Shown piece after piece: positions 38,986 to 50,516 of a DNA stretch of 64,000 nucleotides. The number at the start of each line of letters is the position of its first letter. The stretch's first letter is position 1. The notes under the pieces are model-generated. The model saw nothing but the letters and a program-made list of their open reading frames with translations, ran no database searches and was not told the DNA's origin. The position numbers and the translations under genes were made by a program. Origin of the DNA: Ignavibacteriota bacterium (GTDB taxonomy: Bacteria > Bacteroidota > Ignavibacteria > Palsa-1295); assembly GCA_963787835.1 (NCBI GenBank), contig CAWBEI010000002.1:1728001-1792000 (forward strand). Reading direction: 5' to 3'.

Positions 38986-41601
38986 TTGAATATGGATCCG
39001 GCAGATAAATATTTGAGCATACCCCGAGAGGACCAACCGTCCGGCGGGAAGGATAATCCTCGTCCGGAACAATGGGGATTTTCGAAGTTCGCCCGCAAAG
39101 AATCGTCGTCGGCGGAGCCACGGGCGGCTGGTCCCGCCATTCCTGCGAACATGACTCCCAAGCGCCGCAAGCCTGCCGACCGAAAATTCAACCTATCAGA
39201 ACTGATCAAGGTCATGTATCGCGGCCGTTGGATCGTGCTTGCCTCGTTCGCCATTGCATTTACCTACACCGTCTATAGTACCTACTCGAAGCCCTATATT
39301 TATGGTTCCTCCGCGCGGATGTTCATCGAGCGGCCGCCGGGCGGTTCGCAGGTCGCGCAGATCGTCGGTGGAAATCCCCCCGAAGATCACTCGACCACGA
39401 ACGAGATGCTCTTTTTTAAATCCCATATTGTGGGCAGCCATGTGGCTCGGTTGTTACACGAATACGCCCAGGGAAACTTTCACGAGATCGATTCGCTGTT
39501 CACGGACGCATTCCATTCGTCCAAAGATGTTCCGCCCGACCCTCGGCAGCTAACCGTCATTCGGATGGTCGATAATCCAAAACTTCCGCAGAAATCGGGC
39601 ATTCCCGACACCGCGGAGCTGGAGGAGCGTGCGTCCCAGGCGGTGAACATTACAGCGGAAGCCTCGAACGATTATCTGGATGTCACCTCGGAAGGCTATT
39701 CGCCGCTCGATGCCGCCTTCCTCTGCAATCTTTACATCTCTTGTTTCCTCAAAGATGACCGTGTGCGGGTGCGCGAAAATTCGGCCGATCTCAAGAATTA
39801 TCTGTTCGCGCAGAAGGAACGGAGTTTTGATTCCCTTCGACGCATCGAGAATCAACTCCGTGATTATCTTGGATCGACCGATGGCATGAGTCCCGAAGAT
39901 ATTGCCAAGAGCGTGACGGAGCAATATCAGAATATGAAACAAAAGCGGCAGCTTGTCGAGATCGATCTGAATCTTCGGAAAACGATCGACTCGGAATATT
40001 CCGCCAATCTCGATACCGTTCAAAAGAACTATTACGATAATCTTACGCTCGCCCCATCGATGGACATGCTCCAAAAAGCGGTGACCGATCAGGAGTTCGA
40101 TATCGAGAGCATGAAGATGGCGAATAATCTCATGGATCCTCGCACAAAGAAGTACTTGAAAGATGAGATTCAATCGAAGGAAGACCGCCTTGCGTCGCTA
40201 AAGGACAAGCTCAAGGAAGAAACAGAAAAATACCTTCGTTCCCAGGTGATCGTAGCCGGTGAGCCTCAAAACGAGACCAATGGAACCGGAGAAGTAGAGT
40301 ATGCAACCAAAGGCAGCTCGATCGGAACCATCACCAGCCTCCGCCAGGATATTCTGAATACCAAGCTTCGCATGGTTCAGGATTCCAGTCTGCTCAGAAG
40401 CTACGATATGAAATTGGCTGAACTCCATTCGGAATCTGAGTCCATGCCCGAAAAAATGATGGAGACTTCCTCGCTGAAACGCTCCCAATCCATCGCGGAA
40501 AAAATGTACGATCAGCTCGATGATCGTTATCTCGAGGCGTGGATGACGGAAGAATCCGTTTTTGGGAATATACGCGCGGAAGACCCTGCAACGTTGAGTG
40601 CCGCGCCGATCCGCCCAAACCGGCAATCCAGCATTCTAACGGGTTCCTTATTCGGCTTTGCAATTGGCACAGGAATCGTTGTGCTGCTTTCGCTCCTGGA
40701 TTCGAGAATTCGTACTCCGGAGGAAGTGGAGTCGCATAATATTTCATTGCTCGCAACAGTGCCGGCAATCAATCCACCCTCCCAGCCTTTGAATATCGTT
40801 CCGGCTATGATGCAGAACGGAGATGGAACCGCAATAGCGCCCGATGCTAAATATATTCCTCATCGGGCATCCTTTCTCGATCCGCGATCTTCCGTTGCGG
40901 AAACCTTTCGAAGCTTGCGAACGACGATCCTGTTCACAGGTTTGGATAAAGATGTGCAGGTGCTTGCGCTTACAAGTTCCGCTCCGCAGGAGGGTAAATC
41001 GACCACTTCCTCGAATCTTGCCATTGTTATGGCACAGATGGGAAAGAAAACGTTACTCGTCGATGCCGATCTGCGCAGACCCGTTCTGCATTCCGTGTTC
41101 GGGATCCAACGCGAGCCAGGGCTGACAAATCTTCTGTTCGATCGTGCCTCGTTCGAGGATTCGGTGCAAAAGACGGACGTACCTAATCTGTATCTTCTAC
41201 CATGCGGAGTAATTCCGCCGAATCCTTCCGAACTGCTTGGTTCCCAACGTATGTCCCAGCTTATTCTGCGGCTGCGTGAAGAATTCGATTTTATCTTACT
41301 TGACACCCCTCCGGTCGTCGCCGTAACGGATGCACTCTTGCTCGGGCATGTCTCGGACGCGACGATCATTATCGCTCGTGCCGGCATCTCACGGATCGAT
41401 GCGCTTCTCCGGGCCATGGATTCCGTCGAGCGCAGTGGTGCGAACTTGCTTGGCGTTGTGCTTAATGATTTCAATCCCGCAGGTTCCTACGGCTCCTATT
41501 ACAAGTATTATCAATACTATCAGTATTCGGCGAACACGCCACTGCCAGAGAAGTGGTGGGATCTCCGGCGTTTCATTCCCAAACAAAAAACTGAAGTATG
41601 A
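38986..41601 (+). CDS. wzc: Wzc-like polysaccharide co-polymerase / BY-kinase
   Basis: Two TM segments; E.FRSLRT; TS..P.EGKST; VDADLRRP; DTPP; C-terminal Tyr cluster. Confidence 0.9.
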   Translation: MNMDPADKYLSIPREDQPSGGKDNPRPEQWGFSKFARKESSSAEPRAAGPAIPANMTPKRRKPADRKFNLSELIKVMYRGRWIVLASFAIAFTYTVYSTYSKPYIYGSSARMFIERPPGGSQVAQIVGGNPPEDHSTTNEMLFFKSHIVGSHVARLLHEYAQGNFHEIDSLFTDAFHSSKDVPPDPRQLTVIRMVDNPKLPQKSGIPDTAELEERASQAVNITAEASNDYLDVTSEGYSPLDAAFLCNLYISCFLKDDRVRVRENSADLKNYLFAQKERSFDSLRRIENQLRDYLGSTDGMSPEDIAKSVTEQYQNMKQKRQLVEIDLNLRKTIDSEYSANLDTVQKNYYDNLTLAPSMDMLQKAVTDQEFDIESMKMANNLMDPRTKKYLKDEIQSKEDRLASLKDKLKEETEKYLRSQVIVAGEPQNETNGTGEVEYATKGSSIGTITSLRQDILNTKLRMVQDSSLLRSYDMKLAELHSESESMPEKMMETSSLKRSQSIAEKMYDQLDDRYLEAWMTEESVFGNIRAEDPATLSAAPIRPNRQSSILTGSLFGFAIGTGIVVLLSLLDSRIRTPEEVESHNISLLATVPAINPPSQPLNIVPAMMQNGDGTAIAPDAKYIPHRASFLDPRSSVAETFRSLRTTILFTGLDKDVQVLALTSSAPQEGKSTTSSNLAIVMAQMGKKTLLVDADLRRPVLHSVFGIQREPGLTNLLFDRASFEDSVQKTDVPNLYLLPCGVIPPNPSELLGSQRMSQLILRLREEFDFILLDTPPVVAVTDALLLGHVSDATIIIARAGISRIDALLRAMDSVERSGANLLGVVLNDFNPAGSYGSYYKYYQYYQYSANTPLPEKWWDLRRFIPKQKTEV

Positions 41602-41613
41602 CGCGGAGGCGCC

Positions 41614-42285
41614 TTATCGCCCTGCCGAAACAATATCTTTGACTTCGAGAATAGATCTGTCATATCCATGCGTGGAGACATGGATCATGGCACGGCCCAA
41701 CTCCGTCATGGTGCAAACGTTGGAAGGCGCGAAGCGTCGAAGCAGGGGGTAGAGCCAGGTAATATACTTGTAATATTTAGCAACCCGGCTATTCGTGTTT
41801 TTCATTCCCGGACTGGGATGAATGTATGCCGGCCTAAACGCGAAGACACGCTTAAAGGGAAGCTTCATCAGATCGTTCTCTGTTTTTCCTTTCACGCGTG
41901 CCCACATGAATCGCCCATGTTCCGAGCTGTCGGTGCCTTTACCGGAGATATAGCAGAACGTCATCTCGGGATTCATTTTCGAAAGCGTTCGGGCTGCGCT
42001 CATGCTCAGGTCATAAGTAACATGACGGTAATCCGCTTCTTTCATTCCGATCGAGGAAACGCCGAGGCAGAAAAAGCAAGCGTTATATCCCGCAAGCTGG
42101 GATTCAATCGAGGATAGATCGTAGAAATCGGGGACGACCATTTCAGCAAGCTTCGGATGGCTCATCCCGCTTGGCCTGCGCGTGAGAACTAATACACGCT
42201 CCACATCCGGATGCAGCAGCGGCTCATGAAGTACTCCTTCGCCGACCATTCCGGTCACGCCAGTGATGATTACATTCAGTTTCAT
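41614..42285 (-). CDS. NAD(P)-binding epimerase/dehydratase-like protein
   Basis: ITGVTGMVGEG, ACFFCLG, WARVKGKTE. Confidence 0.85.
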   Translation of the reverse strand: MKLNVIITGVTGMVGEGVLHEPLLHPDVERVLVLTRRPSGMSHPKLAEMVVPDFYDLSSIESQLAGYNACFFCLGVSSIGMKEADYRHVTYDLSMSAARTLSKMNPEMTFCYISGKGTDSSEHGRFMWARVKGKTENDLMKLPFKRVFAFRPAYIHPSPGMKNTNSRVAKYYKYITWLYPLLRRFAPSNVCTMTELGRAMIHVSTHGYDRSILEVKDIVSAGR

Positions 42286-42554
42286 TCTTCGCTGGTTTTC
42301 CTAAGTCGTGCAGCTACTTCCCAAACAAAATCGCTTTCCTCGAACTCAAAACCGAGACGCTGCGAGGCATTGAACAGATCTTCATCGTCTGCAATAAAAT
42401 CGGCGACGATACTCTCATCACTGATCCACGATACTTCTTCTGGTGATGTGCCGAACGCATAAAGCACGAGATCAACATACGGACGAAAGATGTCGATCTT
42501 CGCATCCTCAGCAAACTCGGATTCTTCTATATCTCTATCTTGAATTTCGCTCAT
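42282..42554 (-). CDS. Small acidic hypothetical protein
   Basis: 90-aa ORF with ATGA overlap with the next gene. Confidence 0.5.
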   Translation of the reverse strand: MSEIQDRDIEESEFAEDAKIDIFRPYVDLVLYAFGTSPEEVSWISDESIVADFIADDEDLFNASQRLGFEFEESDFVWEVAARLRKTSEE

Positions 42555-42602
42555 ATGGAGAGTCTAACCTTCTAACCCATCCCATAAATCCCACTCATCC
42601 AT

Positions 42603-42965
42603 TCAGCTAAAAACATTCCACTTGAATTTAATGTAAATGGCAAAGCCAACTGCTATCGACGTACCAATAATTATTGCAGCGGTTTGAAGTGCGGAATCAG
42701 TCGGGTACAGTCCAGTCAATACAAGGGATATGCGTCCAAGAACCACAATGATGAGGCAAATCATCGCAATCGATGCCGCCCATTTTTTTCGTGTAAGGAG
42801 AAATAAACCACCGATAGCATAGATGGCACCAATGACGGTACTTCCGAGCGTAGCGAGATCGGAGGTTTTCGTGGCGAGAATACCGATGAAGTTATGCCGA
42901 AAGCCAGTGACGACTTCAGCGATCCCGAATACTACCATCAATAGTCCAACAATGATGATGCCCAT
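42603..42965 (-). CDS. Small four-TM membrane protein
   Basis: Four hydrophobic segments. Confidence 0.65.
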   Translation of the reverse strand: MGIIIVGLLMVVFGIAEVVTGFRHNFIGILATKTSDLATLGSTVIGAIYAIGGLFLLTRKKWAASIAMICLIIVVLGRISLVLTGLYPTDSALQTAAIIIGTSIAVGFAIYIKFKWNVFS

Positions 42966-42976
42966 AGTCTAAATTT

Positions 42977-43453
42977 TCAGATCCACCGCCGAACCCGGCG
43001 CTTGTAATCGGAATACTGTTCGCCAAACTGACGAAGCATCTTTGCCTCTTCAAATGGAAAGAATACGAAATTAATAATGCAGAAGAACACCACCGGCACA
43101 AGGAACATGGGAAGCGTACCGACAAAAAATGCAATGCCAAGCAGAACAAGCGTCATCCCAAGATACATCGGGTTGCGGGTGAACCGGTAGGGACCATCCA
43201 CCATCAAAAGCTTATTGGTTGGCGAGTGGGGAAGTATCTCCGTCCCGCGTGTGCGGAAAAGGCTTCCAGCCCAAAGCACACTGAAAAGACCAAGCACGAA
43301 CAAGATGATCCCTGCGGGGTAACAGCGCCAATCCAAAATATTGCACGTCGGGAATACCCAGTGAACGCACAATCCGAGTACGAGAAGGATCACGATCCAC
43401 AACGGTGGCACGATTTTCATCAGCGGGGGAATGGGTGGTGTTTGTTGGTTCAT
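42977..43453 (-). CDS. Isoprenylcysteine carboxylmethyltransferase/PEMT-family membrane protein
   Basis: GPYRFTRNPMYLG; EE..M..FG..Y..Y...VRRW. Confidence 0.9.
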   Translation of the reverse strand: MNQQTPPIPPLMKIVPPLWIVILLVLGLCVHWVFPTCNILDWRCYPAGIILFVLGLFSVLWAGSLFRTRGTEILPHSPTNKLLMVDGPYRFTRNPMYLGMTLVLLGIAFFVGTLPMFLVPVVFFCIINFVFFPFEEAKMLRQFGEQYSDYKRRVRRWI

Positions 43454-43458
43454 ATTAA

Positions 43459-44544
43459 TTACGGCTTCAAAATAAGATCGAACTTACCGGAAGTGAGCGT
43501 TGCGGTAGTGGTCTCCTGCCAATTTACGAGACCTTGCGTATCCGTCGAGTCCTCTGTGATTTGATAGCCAAAATTCGGGAATGTAAATTCGATGGCGTTA
43601 TCGACGGGAAGAGGTGCCGGCAGGTATGCGGTGTTAGTATACCATGTTGTATCCAATGTAAGGGTCGCTGTTTCAATTGTCGAAGTCTGGCGGAAAGCAA
43701 CTGTTGCAGCCTGTGCTACCGTGTCCCAATTGAGATAGAGGTACGGAACAGCAATGGCATACTGTAGCCCTGATTGTGTTCTCGAAAATGGAATTCCGGA
43801 TACATTCACATCGTGTTGTCTAAGATAGTTGACTGTTACTTGCCATGTTGAGTCGATAGTATTTGCCGGTCCATTGACATAACCAGTGCGAGTATGTGTT
43901 TCCGTAACGCTCACATGGTCCCATATTATGGAGAGTGTGTTCCATGAGGACGGGCGAGCTACCGTGAGGGTTCCGGGATAATACTCTCCACTGGAGTCGT
44001 ACATATATATAGTCCCGGATAAAGCATTTGAAACAACATGAGAAACAATTCTATTGGAAAAAACGGAATCGATGGGGTACCAAATCCCGGCAACCATCAT
44101 GCGCAAATGGCCGTGGTAATGGTTCATTCCGGTTCCCGGAATTGAGAATGATGCTCCGATCGGAAGTGTGTCGTTGATTGGATGCGGATTGAAGGTATAT
44201 TCCAACGTGACCGGCTTTGCCGAGGTTGTGGTTCCGTTGATCGTCGTGATGTGAATGAAGCCAGACTGCGCCCCCTCTGGAACTTCTGCAACAAGCATAG
44301 TGTCGTTCCCATTCGTGAATGCTTGTACTTGCGCAGTGTCAATAAGGACGAGCAGATCGCCGGGATACCACCCGTAATGATTTCCGTAGATCGTTAGCGT
44401 ACCAAAGGTCCATACCGTGTCAGGCGTAAACCGAGTGATCGTCGGCGCGGTGGAATCGGCGGCGTAATTATTGACGATGGTGTTCGTTGTGCATCCAACC
44501 CATACGAGCGCAAAAAGCGGAGCGGAACGCAGAAGCCATTTCAT
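43459..44544 (-). CDS. IPT/TIG-domain lipoprotein
   Basis: Lipobox VWVGC; PTIT.FTP....LTIYG; VPEGA.SG.I. Confidence 0.7.
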   Translation of the reverse strand: MKWLLRSAPLFALVWVGCTTNTIVNNYAADSTAPTITRFTPDTVWTFGTLTIYGNHYGWYPGDLLVLIDTAQVQAFTNGNDTMLVAEVPEGAQSGFIHITTINGTTTSAKPVTLEYTFNPHPINDTLPIGASFSIPGTGMNHYHGHLRMMVAGIWYPIDSVFSNRIVSHVVSNALSGTIYMYDSSGEYYPGTLTVARPSSWNTLSIIWDHVSVTETHTRTGYVNGPANTIDSTWQVTVNYLRQHDVNVSGIPFSRTQSGLQYAIAVPYLYLNWDTVAQAATVAFRQTSTIETATLTLDTTWYTNTAYLPAPLPVDNAIEFTFPNFGYQITEDSTDTQGLVNWQETTTATLTSGKFDLILKP

Positions 44545-44902
44545 AGAATTTGAAGCCCTCTCTTCGTAGGATAATATGACCTTATTACCTTTCTCTTCCA
44601 ACATCACCCCATCCCAAAAAATCCCACGCATCCCATAAATCCCATTTCAGCCCCCCCCGGCAGCCTAAAAGCCTGCGCTGTTCGCGGGGCGCGTTCCGTT
44701 CAAATGTTCCCACCAATTTCCCCCAGTGTAGAACAGCCTTTCCAGGCTGTCCTCGGACTTTAGTCCGTGTCCTTTTCTGACGGGCTGGAAAGCCCTCCGA
44801 CAGGCTGAAAGCCTGTTCTACACGTAGTTCCCGCCACCCCGCACCGCCTGCAAAGCCCTACGGCAGCCTAAAAGCCTGCGCTGTTCGCGGGGCGCATTCC
44901 GT

Positions 44903-45307
44903 TCAAATGATTCCTTCCAGAAAATCGAATAATTCCCGTGGCTTCACAATTCGGATCGCTCCTTTGGTATCGACAGTCAATAGATCCTTATCGCCGGTGA
45001 CGAGATACTCCGCTTTGCTTTTCAACGCGGCGGCAAGAATTTCTATATCGTTGGGATCGCGGACATCCATTCGATGGCTGTACGGAGGTTGGATTATTGC
45101 AGCAATGTTGGGAATTCCATCGAGAAAGGCATCTACCTTTGCCGGATTTGCCTTGAGCCTGCTAACTAATACGCGGCGAAATTCCTCCAATACTTGAGGA
45201 CTCACGGAGACCTCGTGTTTCTCGAAAAGAAGAGTCACCAAGTCTCTCGTAACACCTTCGAACGCAAAGAAAGAGATCAGTGCATTGGTATCGAGGAAAA
45301 CTTTCAC
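44903..45307 (-). CDS. PIN-domain (VapC-like) toxin
   Basis: VFLDTN, LEEF, RDP.D..IL.AA, LVTGDKDLL. Confidence 0.9.
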   Translation of the reverse strand: MKVFLDTNALISFFAFEGVTRDLVTLLFEKHEVSVSPQVLEEFRRVLVSRLKANPAKVDAFLDGIPNIAAIIQPPYSHRMDVRDPNDIEILAAALKSKAEYLVTGDKDLLTVDTKGAIRIVKPRELFDFLEGII

Positions 45308-45522
45308 GATACTTCACGGAAGATGTCTTCCTCCGAGTTCCAGCCCGCCGCACGGGCAAGTGGCTCGATCTCTCGCTGCAATTTTTCGAAGGTCTGTTTA
45401 AAAAAATGCCGCCGCAATAGATCGTTCACGATCTCCGACTTATCCCGGTGTTCTTCCCGGCTTTCCACTTCGAGCTTCTCGTAATATTGCGGTTCGATTG
45501 GTATGCTATATTCCCGGTCCAT
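45304..45522 (-). CDS. Putative ribbon-helix-helix antitoxin
   Basis: KSEIV.DLLR, G..SEEDIF; GTGA overlap with the PIN gene. Confidence 0.75.
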   Translation of the reverse strand: MDREYSIPIEPQYYEKLEVESREEHRDKSEIVNDLLRRHFFKQTFEKLQREIEPLARAAGWNSEEDIFREVS

Positions 45523-45694
45523 ACTTTTTTAATGCCATAATGGTGAATTCCGTTCCATTCCTATCCCACGCATCCCATAAATCCAGGTTCAGCCCCCGCC
45601 TGCAAAGCCCGCCGGCAGCCTAAAAGCCTGCGCTGTTCGCGGGGCGCGTTCCGTTCAAACGTTCCCGACGCGGCAAGGAGCGTTAGGGACGAAT

Positions 45695-46195
45695 TTGCTG
45701 ATTACTGCTGTTTTAACTGACATGTTAGGAATCAGGCCAAAAACCTCGGCAAAGGATATAGTGGATGCATTATTTTCTGGCTACATAGACGGATGGTTAA
45801 AGCTAACCATTTCCGATAAAACTGGAGATATGGAGCTGGAAATTCAAGACGAGCTAATAAGAAAATATCGGGCGGCAATAACACTCATGGCAGTAATTTC
45901 GAAGGTTGAACGTAGCCCTAAATTCATCGCAGTTCAAGACGAACTTGAGCGTCGTTTATTTGGTGAGGAGATAAACGTCGAGGGTGTAGCATTTCTGGAT
46001 GAGATTAAGCAGTTGATGATTGATCTCGACGAGCTTTTAGTACCCAAGGAGTTCAGCCTATCCCGATTTCGAGATTGGGCTAATAAGAATCTGGAAATTG
46101 ATTCAAACAATGTTTTCACGATATATAAAATATATGACTATTTTATTAGCGGGCTATCAACCGTCACCGAAACCCTTGACGTTGTGAGGGTCTAA
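45695..46195 (+). CDS. Hypothetical protein (AT-rich; start may be ATG 45722)
   Basis: 166-aa open frame; no recognised motif. Confidence 0.5.
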   Translation: MLITAVLTDMLGIRPKTSAKDIVDALFSGYIDGWLKLTISDKTGDMELEIQDELIRKYRAAITLMAVISKVERSPKFIAVQDELERRLFGEEINVEGVAFLDEIKQLMIDLDELLVPKEFSLSRFRDWANKNLEIDSNNVFTIYKIYDYFISGLSTVTETLDVVRV

Positions 46196-46237
46196 CGGAT
46201 TATTTTGTTCAGACTTCAAAACCGAATATTAAGCAGA

Positions 46238-46423
46238 TCAAAAAGGAGGTTGATTCAGATCTTTGCTTACTTGCCCTGAGAATTCCATCACGTATGCCCT
46301 CTCTTCCTCTGTCATATCATTGATGTTTATCAATGCCTCGGGATCCCAGCCACTATCATCGACTTGAAGAACAGCATTCTTAAATGCTGCTTTTAATTCC
46401 TGCTTTCTTTGATCACTTATCAT
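46238..46423 (-). CDS. Small hypothetical protein
   Basis: 61-aa ORF with protein-like composition. Confidence 0.35.
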   Translation of the reverse strand: MISDQRKQELKAAFKNAVLQVDDSGWDPEALININDMTEEERAYVMEFSGQVSKDLNQPPF

Positions 46424-46468
46424 ATAATTTAGACGTTAAATTAAAGCTCATCCAGCAACCACCTGGTA

Positions 46469-46666
46469 TTATCCCACCACCGCCATTTCTACGGTTCTTG
46501 GGTTGCGAATGCGTTTCGAAGCATCGAGAATTTCGATGCTCACGACGTTGCCGTCCACGTCGTAATCGAGGATTACGCCAGGCTTATCCTCGTCACTCTC
46601 CTCGATCTCGCCATCGGTGAGTTCGATGTTGAGAATATCGACTTCCTGGTCATACGTTACTTTCAT
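46469..46666 (-). CDS. DUF2283-family protein (putative antitoxin)
   Basis: MKVTYD.EVDIL.I; GVILDYD..G.VV.IEILDAS. Confidence 0.88.
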   Translation of the reverse strand: MKVTYDQEVDILNIELTDGEIEESDEDKPGVILDYDVDGNVVSIEILDASKRIRNPRTVEMAVVG

Positions 46667-46922
46667 TCGGCCTCCAATATTTAGCAATTTTGCTTGTGGC
46701 ATAAACCGTTCGCACGGTCGGTGGTATGTCCTTCATATCTACAATAACTCGTATCAAATAAGTTCTTCCATTCGGAAATACTTTACGAGCTTGGTGACAC
46801 TTCCGGCCAAATCGTTCTGGAACAATCTGTTCGGGATCCTCCAGTGATTCCATCACGAATTCCATCGGAATTCGCCGTTTAGCGATTTCCTGAAGTGCAT
46901 GGTCTGTAAAACGGAAGTTCAT
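46650..46922 (-). CDS. DUF4258-family protein (putative toxin)
   Basis: FTDHA..E...R.I; L..PE; TVY.TSKI.KYW. Confidence 0.85.
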   Translation of the reverse strand: MNFRFTDHALQEIAKRRIPMEFVMESLEDPEQIVPERFGRKCHQARKVFPNGRTYLIRVIVDMKDIPPTVRTVYATSKIAKYWRPNESNV

Positions 46923-46928
46923 TTGCCA

Positions 46929-46967
46929 CAAAAATACGAAGGGCGGCATCACAGCCGCCCTTTCGTA
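46929..46967 (-). terminator. Intrinsic terminator after groEL
   Basis: GAAGGGCGGC..GCCGCCCTT stem followed by a T-tract on the minus strand. Confidence 0.8.
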
Positions 46968-46986
46968 GATAAATAGATTATTTATC

Positions 46987-48637
<1,651 letters not shown>

Positions 48638-48660
48638 TTATTCCTTATTATTAAAATTGA

Positions 48661-48966
48661 TTACTTCTTTTTCCCGTTCTTTTCCACGATCGCGAACACA
48701 TCGGATTCGCGCATGATGAGGACGTCTTCGTTATCGAGCGATACCTCGGTTCCCGAATATTTCCCGTAGAGCACGATGTCACCGACTTTCACGCCCATCG
48801 GCGCGAGCTTTCCGGTGTCATCGAGCTTACCCGGACCGGCGGCGAGCACTTCGCCCTGCACCGGCTTCTCTTTTGCAGAATCTGGAATGATAATGCCCGA
48901 CTTCGTTACTTCCTCTGCCGCAGCAGGGCGAACGATCAGGCGGTCATGGAGTGGTTTCAATGTCAT
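48661..48966 (-). CDS. groES: Co-chaperonin GroES
   Basis: LKPLHDR, SGIIIPD.AKEKP, KYSGTEV. Confidence 0.98.
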   Translation of the reverse strand: MTLKPLHDRLIVRPAAAEEVTKSGIIIPDSAKEKPVQGEVLAAGPGKLDDTGKLAPMGVKVGDIVLYGKYSGTEVSLDNEDVLIMRESDVFAIVEKNGKKK

Positions 48967-49032
48967 AGTGTTATGTTTAGATTAAATGAAAACGTTGAAA
49001 TTGAGCTAAAATTGACGAAATGGTGCCGTGAG

Positions 49033-49059
49033 TTAGCACTCATCTGATGCGAGTGCTAC
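49033..49059. promoter_or_regulatory. CIRCE element (HrcA operator)
   Basis: TTAGCACTC-N9-GAGTGCTAC, one mismatch from consensus, upstream of groES. Confidence 0.92.
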
Positions 49060-49151
49060 GCACAAACAGGCCGGGAGTTACGGGTGTTCCCTTGATTTAG
49101 GAGCGCTTATTTCACCTGAACCCGTAAGGATGGCAATACTGTTAGGCTGTC

Positions 49152-49469
49152 ATGCAGACCACCTTACCATTTCGAATGCTTGCCTTCGAGCGCCAAGACG
49201 GCTGGCGGATGATTTGCCTCGACACGGACATTGCAGTTGCCGCTGCGACATGGGATGAGCTTGAATCGAAGATGAAGGATGCGATGACACTCTATCTCCG
49301 CTCATTCACCGGCGAGGAACTTCAGCGTGGAGCATATATCCGTCTGGCTCCGATATCCTATCGTGTGCGGTGGTGGTTCCGGTGGAATATCGTAAGATTG
49401 ATGCGATTGCTCAGCGGCCCCATCCGTGCAACCTATGACATTTCTACGTCCCGGTTAAATTTTGCCTAA
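49152..49469 (+). CDS. HicB-like antitoxin
   Basis: W..ICLD.DI......E.....DA..LYL; overlaps hicA. Confidence 0.65.
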   Translation: MQTTLPFRMLAFERQDGWRMICLDTDIAVAAATWDELESKMKDAMTLYLRSFTGEELQRGAYIRLAPISYRVRWWFRWNIVRLMRLLSGPIRATYDISTSRLNFA

Positions 49470-49722
49470 GAAATATCCTCCGCTCACTCCGCGAGAGGTG
49501 ATTGAGATTCTTAAGGCTCAGGGATTTCAGTTGAAAGAAACCGAAGGAAGCCACGCACAATACGAGAAGGGTTCCAGAAAAGTTACGGTCGATATAGCGG
49601 AAAAAGAATTTGATCCGTTTCTCTTGCAGTCGATGATTCGTCAGGCCGGTCTCGACCGCGATTCATTTTATACTTCCACCAAAACTGCCGCGAAAAAGAT
49701 CAATAAGAGGATAGGGAAGTAA
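49462..49722 (+). CDS. hicA: HicA-family toxin
   Basis: REVI.IL...GF....EGSH..Y; L.SMIRQAGL. Confidence 0.88.
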   Translation: MPKKYPPLTPREVIEILKAQGFQLKETEGSHAQYEKGSRKVTVDIAEKEFDPFLLQSMIRQAGLDRDSFYTSTKTAAKKINKRIGK

Positions 49723-49743
49723 TAGTCTATTCCATCCTACTTA

Positions 49744-50433
49744 CTACTGGATGATCTTGCAATCATAAACATGTACCTCTTCGCCATTCGAGGGAAGTTC
49801 AGATCGAAATGCATGGCGTGGGGGCATATCCATTCGCAGATACCAACCGGTTTCTGCGTCGAACCACAGCACTTCATTATTATAAGTGTGACCAGCAAGC
49901 GATACTATCTGCCTGATTTTGATGGCATGCCAAAAGTGTCCTTCGATCGTAGTATCTTTTGCTTCTAAGAAACTATTAGTATCCACGACGAGATCGCCGA
50001 GATAGTTCTTTCCCTTCAAAAATACTACCGTATCTTTTGACGAAAGAGGGAAGCGTTCCCATCCACCAGGCTCATCTGGCCCTTTTGGTGGTCCTTCGTA
50101 CCATGAAATATCTCCATTCGGTTCGTAGCTGATTCTTGGCTGAGAGGTAGAACGAGGAACTTTGATTTGGTAAACCGCTTGATAAACAAGAACGTTATTC
50201 TTTCCTTCGAAAGTATCTCCGCGTTCGATTACGGAGTCGGTCGAGTAGTGGGGGCCTATCGCGGATCCATCCGCAGACGTCCACCAACCTTTTATCCGAA
50301 AGTAACTTCCTGGGCCAGGTGGATGTAGGCCAATCTTGGGAGAGGCCTTAGGCTGGGCAGGAGCCGTAAACTGTGCACAGCATACTCCAACTCCCAATAG
50401 GGTCACTATGACAATGATTGCGAAAATTTTCAT
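49744..50433 (-). CDS. Secreted hypothetical protein
   Basis: Signal peptide MKIFAIIVIV; beta-rich mature region. Confidence 0.6.
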   Translation of the reverse strand: MKIFAIIVIVTLLGVGVCCAQFTAPAQPKASPKIGLHPPGPGSYFRIKGWWTSADGSAIGPHYSTDSVIERGDTFEGKNNVLVYQAVYQIKVPRSTSQPRISYEPNGDISWYEGPPKGPDEPGGWERFPLSSKDTVVFLKGKNYLGDLVVDTNSFLEAKDTTIEGHFWHAIKIRQIVSLAGHTYNNEVLWFDAETGWYLRMDMPPRHAFRSELPSNGEEVHVYDCKIIQ

Positions 50434-50516
50434 GATTGGCGACGGGTTTATGCAACGATTATTTGAACATAAAAAAAGGGAAAATGTTGCTAGGAGAGGA
50501 ATACTCACAATTTAGC

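Larger units (their letters stand above)
44607..45666. repeat. Three direct copies of a ~47-bp REP-derived repeat (44658-44704, 44861-44907, 45613-45659) plus a central GTAG REP doublet (44726-44823)
   Basis: CGGCAGCCTAAAAGCCTGCGCTGTTCGCGGGGCGC(G/A)TTCCGTTCAAA three times; GTGTAGAACAG..CTGTTCTACAC inverted ends. Confidence 0.9.

Noticed and set aside
44658-45659. CRISPR array
   Set aside because: Spacers are ~155 and ~700 bp, one contains genes, and no cas genes are present.
45680-46445. Integron cassette (GTTAGG before the gene, GTCTAAC at its stop)
   Set aside because: No attC-like palindrome closing with GTTRRRY at a suitable distance, and no integron integrase in the window.
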